From Acaryochloris marina S15 (GTDB lineage Bacteria; Cyanobacteriota; Cyanobacteriia; Thermosynechococcales; Thermosynechococcaceae), in assembly GCF_018336915.1 (NCBI RefSeq), contig NZ_CP064923.1:5305551-5329550 (forward strand): a stretch of DNA of 24,000 bases, in the 5' to 3' direction. Both the position numbers and the translations under genes were made by a program. Positions 5,793 to 13,135 of the stretch are shown one piece after another. Below the pieces are notes generated by a model. The model did not search any database, was not told the origin of the DNA, and saw only the letters and a program-made list of their open reading frames with translations. The first letter of the stretch is position 1; every line of letters begins with the position of its first letter.

Positions 5793-8270
5793 ATGAACTC
5801 TAACAATATTGCATTAACTACAGAAATCACAGGAGCACGCCTTCTCAAAGATATCACCCCAGACGGTACGTCTAGATTTCCAGGTGATGACTCCGGTTCT
5901 AATCCATCGAACTTGACCGAATTCGATGGCAAGCTATTTTTTTCAGCGGATGATGGAACCAATGGAAGCGAGCTGTGGATTAGTGACAGGACTACTAATG
6001 GCACACAGCTTTTAAAAGATATTAATCCAATCGAAAGGTACTATAACAGTCTCTATGCATCTAGATATAGATCTTCTAGTTCTAATCCATCGAACTTGAC
6101 CGAATTCGATGGCAAGCTATTTTTTTCAGCGGATGATGGAACCAATGGAAGCGAGCTATGGATTAGTGACGGGACTATTAATGGCACACAACTCTTAAAA
6201 GATATTAATCCAGGAAGCTCGTATAGGGGAATCCCATCCCCAGGTGGCCGGCGGCCTAATAGCTCTCGTATAGCTAACTTCATCGAACTCGATGGTAAGT
6301 TATTTTTTACCGCGACTGATGGCACCTCCGGAGAAGAACTTTGGGTCAGTGATGGGACGGTTGACGGTACACAACTGCTAAAAGATATTTATCCTGGAAG
6401 CTCATTTGAGTCTCGCATAAACCGGGGTTTGCGGCCCAACAGCTCTGGTATATCGAACTTGACCGAATTCGATGGCAAGCTATTTTTTTCAGCGGATGAT
6501 GGTATCAACGGACGGGAGCTTTGGGTTAGTGACGGCACTGAGAATGGCACGCAACTCTTAAAAGATATAAATCCAGGGATTTTATTGAGTAATGGTTCTG
6601 CAGCAGGCTCTATTCCATCTAACTTGACCAAATTCGACGACAAACTATTTTTTACCGCAAATGATGGCATCTCTGGACCAGAACTTTGGGTCAGTGACGG
6701 GACCACCGATGGCACACAACTCTTAAAAGATATAAATCCAGGAATCTCATATAGGCAATATGGGCCTAACTATCCCATACCGTTTGGCTCTGATATATCT
6801 AGCTTGACTGAGTTCGATGGCAAGCTATTTTTTACTGCAAATGATGGAATCAACGGACAGGAGCTTTGGGTTAGTGACGGCACTGAGAATGGAACACAAC
6901 TCCTCAAAGACATAAATCTAGGAAGCTCATCCAATATATTTAACTTAACCGAAGTTAATGGCAAGCTATTTTTTACTGCGAATGATGGAATCAACGGACA
7001 GGAGCTTTGGGTTAGTGACGGCACTGAGAATGGAACACAACTCCTCAAAGACATAAATCCTCCCAATCAACAAGATGGGTATATTTCAAAACTAGTCGTT
7101 GCCGGGAATCTATTCTTTTTCACAACAGGCTTTGATGGAGAATTATGGATTAGTAATGGCACCCGTGAAGGAACGTTGCTTTACCAAGATATTAATCCAG
7201 AAGGTGGTTCATTTCCTGAAGAGTTAACTGTCGTTGGCAATCAACTATTCTTTACGGCTGATGATGGTGTCACTGGCAAAGAGCCCTGGGTCCTCAACAT
7301 TCCAGACAATTTAGTTGTGGGCGATGCGAATAACAATATTCTCAGCGGAAATGCTGGAGTCGATTTGATCAGTGGTTTAGATGGAAATGACATTATTCGT
7401 GGCCGTGGTAATAATGACACTCTGGATGGAGCCAGTGGTGATGATGTCTTATTTGGAGATGAAGGTAACGACAGACTTAGCGGCAGAGCTGGTAATGATC
7501 AGATTTTTGGTGACCAAGGTAACGACGGACTTAGCGGCGGAGCTGGTAACGACATTCTTGAGGGAGGCACTGGTGATGACGAGTTGCAAGGGGATGCTGG
7601 TGATGATGTAATCAACGCAGGCAGCGGAAACGATTCGGTTCGTGTGACTGATTTCTTGGGCGTAGACAACTTTGATGGAGGGCCTGGAACAGACTTGATT
7701 CGATTTACTCCCACAGATAATCGCAACCTACTGGTTTCCCTCGAGGGTGGATTTGTTGGTGATGGGAGAGTTGGGGGGCAGTTTTTTGAAAACTTTGAGC
7801 AATTTATAGCAGGCGGCGGCAATGACCGAATCTTAGGGGACAGTAGAGATACTCTACTGAATGGAGGAGATGGTAATGATGAGATCAGGGGTGAAGCAGG
7901 CCAAGATACACTGATCGGTGAAAGCGGCTCTGATACATTAATCGGCGGTCAAGGAGCGGATGTTCTCAATGGTGGTTTGGGTAGTGACGTGTTAATTGGT
8001 GATCAGGGTGTCAATACGTTTCAATTTGATCAAACATTAAGCACGTTTTTCTTTTTTGATCGCAGTATGGATGTAGACACGATCTTAAATTTTGAGACTG
8101 AAGATGTATTAGATTTTTCTGGCTATCTTGATGCTAGAGGTTCCATCGAGGCCACCAGAGTCACAGATAATTTTCTTCGCATTAATCTGGACCTAAACAA
8201 GACTATTCAAATTTTTGGCACTGCCCAAGGTTTAAATAGCGCTGAAACTCAAATTGAGCCATTGCTATAA
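5793..8270 (+). CDS. ELWxxDGT-repeat (propeller-like) / RTX hemolysin-type calcium-binding repeat protein, probable T1SS substrate
   Basis: 825 aa. About 9 repeats of FDGKLFFxAxDGxxGxELWVSDGTxxGTQLLKDINPG are followed by two blocks of GGxGxDxxx nonapeptides (e.g. GNDRLSGRAGNDQIFGDQGNDGLSGGAGNDILEGGTGDD) and an uncleaved C-terminal domain of about 80 aa. No N-terminal signal peptide is evident. Confidence 0.9.
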   Translation: MNSNNIALTTEITGARLLKDITPDGTSRFPGDDSGSNPSNLTEFDGKLFFSADDGTNGSELWISDRTTNGTQLLKDINPIERYYNSLYASRYRSSSSNPSNLTEFDGKLFFSADDGTNGSELWISDGTINGTQLLKDINPGSSYRGIPSPGGRRPNSSRIANFIELDGKLFFTATDGTSGEELWVSDGTVDGTQLLKDIYPGSSFESRINRGLRPNSSGISNLTEFDGKLFFSADDGINGRELWVSDGTENGTQLLKDINPGILLSNGSAAGSIPSNLTKFDDKLFFTANDGISGPELWVSDGTTDGTQLLKDINPGISYRQYGPNYPIPFGSDISSLTEFDGKLFFTANDGINGQELWVSDGTENGTQLLKDINLGSSSNIFNLTEVNGKLFFTANDGINGQELWVSDGTENGTQLLKDINPPNQQDGYISKLVVAGNLFFFTTGFDGELWISNGTREGTLLYQDINPEGGSFPEELTVVGNQLFFTADDGVTGKEPWVLNIPDNLVVGDANNNILSGNAGVDLISGLDGNDIIRGRGNNDTLDGASGDDVLFGDEGNDRLSGRAGNDQIFGDQGNDGLSGGAGNDILEGGTGDDELQGDAGDDVINAGSGNDSVRVTDFLGVDNFDGGPGTDLIRFTPTDNRNLLVSLEGGFVGDGRVGGQFFENFEQFIAGGGNDRILGDSRDTLLNGGDGNDEIRGEAGQDTLIGESGSDTLIGGQGADVLNGGLGSDVLIGDQGVNTFQFDQTLSTFFFFDRSMDVDTILNFETEDVLDFSGYLDARGSIEATRVTDNFLRINLDLNKTIQIFGTAQGLNSAETQIEPLL
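5896..6212 (+). repeat. intragenic direct repeat: two 134-bp copies (5896-6029 and 6079-6212), offset 183 bp
   Basis: Aligned by eye with about 5 mismatches in 134 nt. Each copy encodes one ELWxxDGT unit. Confidence 0.85.
6817..7059 (+). repeat. intragenic direct repeat: two 102-bp copies (6817-6918 and 6958-7059), offset 141 bp
   Basis: Aligned by eye with 1 mismatch in 102 nt (actgcAaatg vs actgcGaatg). Confidence 0.9.
7320..8009 (+). repeat. RTX nonapeptide (GGxGxDxxx) coding repeats, two blocks
   Basis: The translated sequence shows about 10 plus about 7 tandem nonapeptides. At the DNA level an 18-codon unit is duplicated around 7461-7555 (ggtaacgacRgacttagcggcRgagctggtaaYga). Confidence 0.85.
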
Positions 8271-8405
8271 AGGGAAGCAGATACAACGATCTAAAAGTCT
8301 AAATATACCTACGAGGAGATAGGGTTAACATTAACCTGAACCCCCCCTCTTTTTTCATCCCTTGGTATCCTGAAGACAGCGTTCAACAAACCCTAGAGCA
8401 TCGCA

Positions 8406-9599
8406 ATGACAGGAATCCAGCCAACAATTTGTATCTTAGGGGGTGGCTTTGGGGGGCTCTACACAGCGCTACGCTTGAGCCAGCTCCCGTGGAATGAGCT
8501 GAAACCCCAAATTTTTTTAGTGGATCAGAATGATCATTTCCTGTTTTCACCCTTACTGTATGAATTGGTTACAGGAGAACTCCAGTCTTGGGAAATTGCC
8601 CCACCCTACAGCGAACTCCTAGCCAATACAGAAGTGCGTTTTATTCAAAGCGCTGTTAAGGAGATTGATGTAGCTCAGCAGCAGGTTACCTTATCTGATC
8701 AATCCATCTCCTACGATCGCTTAGTCCTAGCACTAGGAGGAGAAACACCTCTACACCAAGTTCCTGGATCAGCGGAATATGCCCTGCCGTTTCGGACGGT
8801 GCAAGATGCCTATCGCCTTGAAGATCGATTACGAACCTTAGAAACATCCGAAGCGCCAAAAATTCGAGTGGCTGTGGTGGGGGCTGGCCCTAGTGGCGTG
8901 GAACTCGCCTGTAAGTTAGCGGATCGTTTAGGCGATCGCGGTCGGATACGGCTGATCGAACGGAATAATCAAATTCTCAAATCAGCCCCTGAATTCAATC
9001 AAGCAGCGGCCGAAAAAGCCTTAGAAAAACGACAAGTTTGGACGGATCTAGAGACCAGTATTGAATCCCTAGAAGCCAAGCAAATGACGCTTAGGTATAA
9101 GGATAAACCCGATACGCTCCCCGTAGACTTGGTATTGTGGACGGTGGGAACTGCGATCTCACAGCCGATTCAAGCCTTACCTCTTCTCCATAATGACCTC
9201 GGCCAACTCTTAACTGACCCAACCCTGCAGGTCCAAGACTCACCTAATATTTTCGCCTTGGGTGATTTAGCAGACTGTCGTGATCCGCAAGGAAAGCCGA
9301 ATCCCAAAACGGCCCAAGTGGCTATTCAACAAGCAGATTGTGTAGGGTGGAACCTGTGGGCTTCCTTAACCCAACGGCCATTACTGCCGTTTCACTACAC
9401 TCATCTGGGAGAAATGCTGACCTTAGGAGAAGACTCAGCTGCCATGTCTGGACTGGGCGTACAGCTCGATGGCCCCCTCGCATTTATGGCTCGACGTTTG
9501 ATTTATCTTTACCGCATGCCCACCCTCGACCATCAGCTTAAAATTGGGTTTAACTGGATGTTCAAACCTGTTTTATCCGCCCTCAACACAGCTAGATAG
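8406..9599 (+). CDS. ndbB: type II NADH dehydrogenase (NDH-2), NdbB/NDC1-like
   Basis: 397 aa. The N-terminal FAD fold is ICILGGGFGGLYTALRL and a second dinucleotide fold is VAVVGAGPSGVELA. The stretch LVDQNDHFLFSPLLYELVTGELQSWEIAP closely resembles the NDC1/NdbB subgroup as I recall it. Subgroup assignment is less certain than family. Confidence 0.8.
   Translation: MTGIQPTICILGGGFGGLYTALRLSQLPWNELKPQIFLVDQNDHFLFSPLLYELVTGELQSWEIAPPYSELLANTEVRFIQSAVKEIDVAQQQVTLSDQSISYDRLVLALGGETPLHQVPGSAEYALPFRTVQDAYRLEDRLRTLETSEAPKIRVAVVGAGPSGVELACKLADRLGDRGRIRLIERNNQILKSAPEFNQAAAEKALEKRQVWTDLETSIESLEAKQMTLRYKDKPDTLPVDLVLWTVGTAISQPIQALPLLHNDLGQLLTDPTLQVQDSPNIFALGDLADCRDPQGKPNPKTAQVAIQQADCVGWNLWASLTQRPLLPFHYTHLGEMLTLGEDSAAMSGLGVQLDGPLAFMARRLIYLYRMPTLDHQLKIGFNWMFKPVLSALNTAR
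8932..8939. repeat. HIP1 octamer GCGATCGC
   Basis: Exact match read in the sequence. Confidence 0.95.
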
Positions 9600-9784
9600 A
9601 AGCGGTAAAGTTGGTCCCTACAAGCAAGACAGGAAAGCAAATCAGAACGGTTCTGAGTTTGCGGTATAGTGATTGGGGTATAACTGGATTTATGCCATAG
9701 ATACACTCGTTTTTTTGCACGCAGTCGATTGATCTTTGTAGGTATCAGTATCTGCAATCAACACCCTATAGGAGTAATTTGGTT

Positions 9785-10393
9785 ATGTCGCAACACGAAG
9801 CGCATGAATGTTTACGGGTCGGCCAGTCCGCACCTGACTTTACAGCAACGGCTGTTTACGACCAAGAATTTAGTGAAGTCAAACTCTCCAATTACCGGGG
9901 TAAATACGTCGTCATCTTTTTCTATCCCCTTGATTTCACCTTCGTGTGTCCGACGGAAATTACAGCATTTAGTGATCGCTATGATGCCTTTAAGAACTTA
10001 AATACTGAAGTTCTAGGTATTTCTGTAGACAGCGAGTTCTCCCACTTAGCTTGGACCCAGACCGACCGCAAATCTGGAGGAGTCGGCGACCTCAACTACC
10101 CATTGGTTTCTGACATTAAAAAAGAAATTAGCACTGCCTATAACGTTCTAGATCCAGATGCTGGTGTTGCCTTAAGAGGTCTCTTTATCATTGATAAAGA
10201 AGGCGTTGTACAACATGCCACCATTAACAACCTCGCCTTCGGCCGTAACGTTGATGAAACCCTGCGCACCTTGCAGGCTATTCAACATGTTCAGTCTCAT
10301 CCCGATGAGGTTTGTCCAGCAGGCTGGCAGCCAGGGGATAAGACTATGAACCCTGATCCAGTGAAATCTAAGGTTTACTTTGAATCCATCTAA
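9785..10393 (+). CDS. typical 2-Cys peroxiredoxin (AhpC/BAS1-type)
   Basis: The peroxidatic Cys motif is [15 protein letters not shown] and the resolving Cys motif is [14 protein letters not shown] at 9771-9774 favours ATG 9785 over the track start TTG 9779. Confidence 0.93.
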   Translation: MSQHEAHECLRVGQSAPDFTATAVYDQEFSEVKLSNYRGKYVVIFFYPLDFTFVCPTEITAFSDRYDAFKNLNTEVLGISVDSEFSHLAWTQTDRKSGGVGDLNYPLVSDIKKEISTAYNVLDPDAGVALRGLFIIDKEGVVQHATINNLAFGRNVDETLRTLQAIQHVQSHPDEVCPAGWQPGDKTMNPDPVKSKVYFESI

Positions 10394-10420
10394 CATATTT
10401 TAGGCAACATTTAAGTTGCA

Positions 10421-10467
10421 ACATAGCCCTCAAATACTCACAGAGCTTGCGTATTTGAGGGCTATGT
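10421..10467. terminator. perfect 17-bp stem / 13-nt loop hairpin between convergent genes
   Basis: ACATAGCCCTCAAATAC (10421-10437) pairs with GTATTTGAGGGCTATGT (10451-10467). It lies 28 nt after the prx stop and about 100 nt from the GT2 stop. There is no clear U-tract on either side. Confidence 0.55.
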
Positions 10468-10570
10468 CGTTGGCCCTTCATAGGTCATACAAGCCTTTGC
10501 TTTGCCGAGATTGCTAACCAGATTCAACAACCTGATAGATGGCAATATGCTTATCACCTGGCTTATGCCT

Positions 10571-11560
10571 TCAGTCTGTGGAATTTGTTTGGACAACTTC
10601 TCTTACCCGGTAGATAGGGCGACTTTGCGACTCATGGTAGGTTCGCATTAAGAGCTCTGCTAACAATCCAATTGAAAAGAGCTGAATCCCTGTCAATAAA
10701 AGCACAGCGGATAAAATCAGCAAGGGGCGGTCGGCAATCCCTTCACTCAAGCCGTACTTTAAAAACACTAAATAGCCACCCGTCAAGACCCCTAAGCTAG
10801 TAAAGGTAATCCCCAAAAGCCCAAAAACATGCATGGGACGAGTTAAAAAGGTTTTCATAAAGGATACGGTCAACAAATCCATGACCACCCGGAAAGTCCG
10901 ATCTAGTCCATACTTGCTTTGACCAAATTGGCGGGCATGATGACGCACAGGCAGCTCCGCAATTCTGGCACCTTCAATAAAAGCTAACGCCGGTAAAAAT
11001 CGGTGTAATTCTCCATACAGGTTCATATCAGCAATCAGCTCTGCTCGATAGGCCTTCAGGGAACAACCATAATCATGCAGCTTAACTCCTGTAATCCACC
11101 CAATCATCAAGTTGGCAATCTTAGATGGGAGCAAGCGCGTCAACGCAGCATCTTGTCGATCTTTACGCCAACCACTGACCAAATCGTATCCTTCATTCAT
11201 TTTGGCCAACAGCAATGGAATATCAGCTGGCTCATTTTGCAAGTCACCATCAAGGGTGACAAAAATCTCGCCGTGGGCATGGTTAAATCCAGCAGACATG
11301 GCAGCCGTTTGTCCATAATTTCGGCGCAACACAACTCCCCGTAGCCGGGGGTATAGATCCACTTGTTTTCTTAACAACTCAGTCGTACCATCTACCGAGC
11401 CATCATCTACACAGATTATTTCATAATTGACCTGAGTATCATTTAGGGTATCTGAAATCCTACAAATGAGATGCTCCAGGCTTTCGACCTCATTATAGAT
11501 GGGGATAATGACCGATATTTCGGGCTGAGTGATCTTGGCTTTTTGGTCTTGCATTAGCAT
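10571..11560 (-). CDS. family 2 glycosyltransferase, polyprenyl-phosphate sugar synthase type (ArnC/GtrB/DPM1-like)
   Basis: The N-terminus has ISVIIPIYNE...VDDGSVDGT and the DxD-type motif is LDGDLQNEP. Two C-terminal TM helices (VFGLLGITFTSLGVLTGGYLVFL and LLILSAVLLLTGIQLFSIGLLAELL) are typical of GtrB/ArnC. Confidence 0.85.
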   Translation of the reverse strand: MLMQDQKAKITQPEISVIIPIYNEVESLEHLICRISDTLNDTQVNYEIICVDDGSVDGTTELLRKQVDLYPRLRGVVLRRNYGQTAAMSAGFNHAHGEIFVTLDGDLQNEPADIPLLLAKMNEGYDLVSGWRKDRQDAALTRLLPSKIANLMIGWITGVKLHDYGCSLKAYRAELIADMNLYGELHRFLPALAFIEGARIAELPVRHHARQFGQSKYGLDRTFRVVMDLLTVSFMKTFLTRPMHVFGLLGITFTSLGVLTGGYLVFLKYGLSEGIADRPLLILSAVLLLTGIQLFSIGLLAELLMRTYHESQSRPIYRVREVVQTNSTD

Positions 11561-11837
11561 TGGTAATTTTATCTCACTCGCTATTCATTAACTCACTTCA
11601 GAGGACTTCATTCAAGAAAACTGCCAAGAACGGTATTTAGAGCATTTTTCGCAACTCAACGACCCAGATAAAGCTCAAATACCTTCTATAACTAACATTA
11701 TTTAGGACCAATACTCGCCTCTTCTAGAAGGTAAACTTGGGTAAAATACTTGAGTGCTAAATTCTTAGCAATACCAAATAACGTTCATTAAAGCCTTTTT
11801 ACCTGAAGGCCTAACACCTTTAGTATTAGAGAACCAC

Positions 11838-12422
11838 ATGAGGATTCTACTCTTAGCTCCACATCCATTTTTCCAGACCCGTGGTACACCGATCGCAGTT
11901 GATCTTATGCTCAGAGTGCTATCAGAGAGGGGAGATCAGGTTGATATGCTGACTTTCCCAGAAGGGGATGATGTTGTCTATGACAACGTGCGGATCTATC
12001 GGACTCCTAAATTACCATTTATTAAAAATATCAGTCCAGGTTTTTCTGGGAAAAAACTGGTCTGTGATGGTTTTATGCTGATCCAGGCTATTAACCTCTG
12101 TTTGAAGTATAAATATGATATCGTCCATTCGGTTGAAGAATCGGCTTTTATCGCGTTGGTTCTTAAAGTCGTGTTTAGAACACCCTATATCTATGATATG
12201 GACTCATCCCTGGCACAGCAAATGATTGAGAAATTTTCATTTCTCTCGTCTTTGCGCTTTCTCTTCAATGCTTTTGAAAGACTGGCCGTCCAACAAGCCA
12301 AAGTGGTGATACCTGTTTGCGAAACCTTATCTGAAGATATTCAAGTCTACAAACCGAAGCGAGTGGTTGTTTTACCAGACATTTCGCTTTTAGATTACTC
12401 TGCCCCGAATAAAAAGGCATAA
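11838..12422 (+). CDS. GT4 (GT-B) glycosyltransferase, N-terminal-domain half only
   Basis: The 194-aa product MRILLLAPHPFFQTRGTPIAVDLMLRVLSERGDQVDMLTF is typical of the GT4 acceptor domain. It ends where the inter-domain linker is expected. Confidence 0.7.
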   Translation: MRILLLAPHPFFQTRGTPIAVDLMLRVLSERGDQVDMLTFPEGDDVVYDNVRIYRTPKLPFIKNISPGFSGKKLVCDGFMLIQAINLCLKYKYDIVHSVEESAFIALVLKVVFRTPYIYDMDSSLAQQMIEKFSFLSSLRFLFNAFERLAVQQAKVVIPVCETLSEDIQVYKPKRVVVLPDISLLDYSAPNKKA

Positions 12423-12444
12423 CTGATGAATAGAATCATCTGCA

Positions 12445-13092
12445 GTGACGAAATCTCACCCGTCCAATATGGATAATATCAACGAAAATATCAGAGAGCA
12501 CTGTCAGCCTGATGAGCTCATTCTGATGTATGTCGGTAATTTAGAGCTTTATCAGGGGATTGATTTGCTGCTGGATGGCTTTAAAGTAGCTCAGAATCTT
12601 GCTCTTAATGTCCCTTTAAAGCTCGTCATTATCGGCGGTAAAGATGGCGACATTGCAAAATATAAGTTAAAAACGAAAAATATCGGCATTGACCACCAAG
12701 TTTTATTCTTAGGGCAACGCTCGGTAGAGAATCTAGGGTACTATCTCGCCCAAGCAGACATCCTGCTCTCTCCTCGCATTAAAGGAAGAAATACGCCAAT
12801 GAAATTGTATTCTTATCTTGATAGTGGTAAGCCCGTCCTCGCCACTGATTTGCCAACGCATAATTGGGTTCTGGATAATGAGGTGGCAGTGCTCAGTGCG
12901 CCTAACCCAGAAGCGTTTGCCCAGGGAATTATCCACCTAGCCAACCATCCTCAAATTAGACAAACCCTCGCAGTCGCCGCCAAGAAAATGGTGCAACAAA
13001 GGCACTCATTTTCTGCTTATAAGCAGCAGCTCAATAGCTTATATGATTCATTACAGTTAGAGTTCAACAATGCTGCCTCAATTGATCAATAA
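12445..13092 (+). CDS. GT4 (GT-B) glycosyltransferase, C-terminal nucleotide-sugar-binding half only
   Basis: LILMYVGNLELYQGIDLLL...ADILLSPRIKGRNTPMKLYSYLDSGKPVLATD matches the Glycos_transf_1 donor-binding domain. The start is GTG 12445 or ATG 12469. The frame differs from the N-terminal half. Confidence 0.7.
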   Translation: MTKSHPSNMDNINENIREHCQPDELILMYVGNLELYQGIDLLLDGFKVAQNLALNVPLKLVIIGGKDGDIAKYKLKTKNIGIDHQVLFLGQRSVENLGYYLAQADILLSPRIKGRNTPMKLYSYLDSGKPVLATDLPTHNWVLDNEVAVLSAPNPEAFAQGIIHLANHPQIRQTLAVAAKKMVQQRHSFSAYKQQLNSLYDSLQLEFNNAASIDQ

Positions 13093-13135
13093 TATGCTCT
13101 ATTTTCAGCCAAAGCGTTAGGATGCCACTGGTTTT

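Noticed and set aside
5896-7059. Regularly spaced repeats (141- and 183-bp periods) that might be mistaken for a CRISPR-like array.
   Set aside because: The repeats are about 100-134 bp, in frame and protein-coding (ELWxxDGT units). There are no short palindromic repeats with unique spacers and no cas genes.
5756-7822. A series of antisense or alternate-frame ORFs inside the ELWxxDGT/RTX gene (5756-6004 -, 6053-6325 -, 6389-6715 -, 6770-7066 -, 7499-7822 -, 7381-7611 +).
   Set aside because: They lie wholly within a strongly supported 825-aa CDS. Their repetitive low-complexity translations (SLPLVPSSAEKNSLPSNSVKFDG...) simply mirror the sense-strand repeats. No motifs or start context are present.
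8323-8356. Possible terminator after the RTX gene (GGTTAACATTAACC followed 12 nt later by CTCTTTTTTC).
   Set aside because: The stem is only 5-6 bp with a 2-4-nt loop and is AT-rich. The T-run is not adjacent to it. The evidence is too weak to call.
3202-8405. tRNA-Ser as the integration site of a genomic island covering the TIGR03032/RTX block.
   Set aside because: No integrase or recombinase ORF is present. I found no direct repeat of the tRNA 3' end (GGTTCGAATCCCTCCCTCTCCG) downstream. The housekeeping gene rpmB sits between the tRNA and the block.
9338-10396. ORFs 9338-9541 (+), 9533-9757 (-), 9729-10001 (+) and 10172-10396 (-) around ndbB and prx.
   Set aside because: They overlap strongly supported genes or span the short intergenic region. 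No motifs or SD are present.
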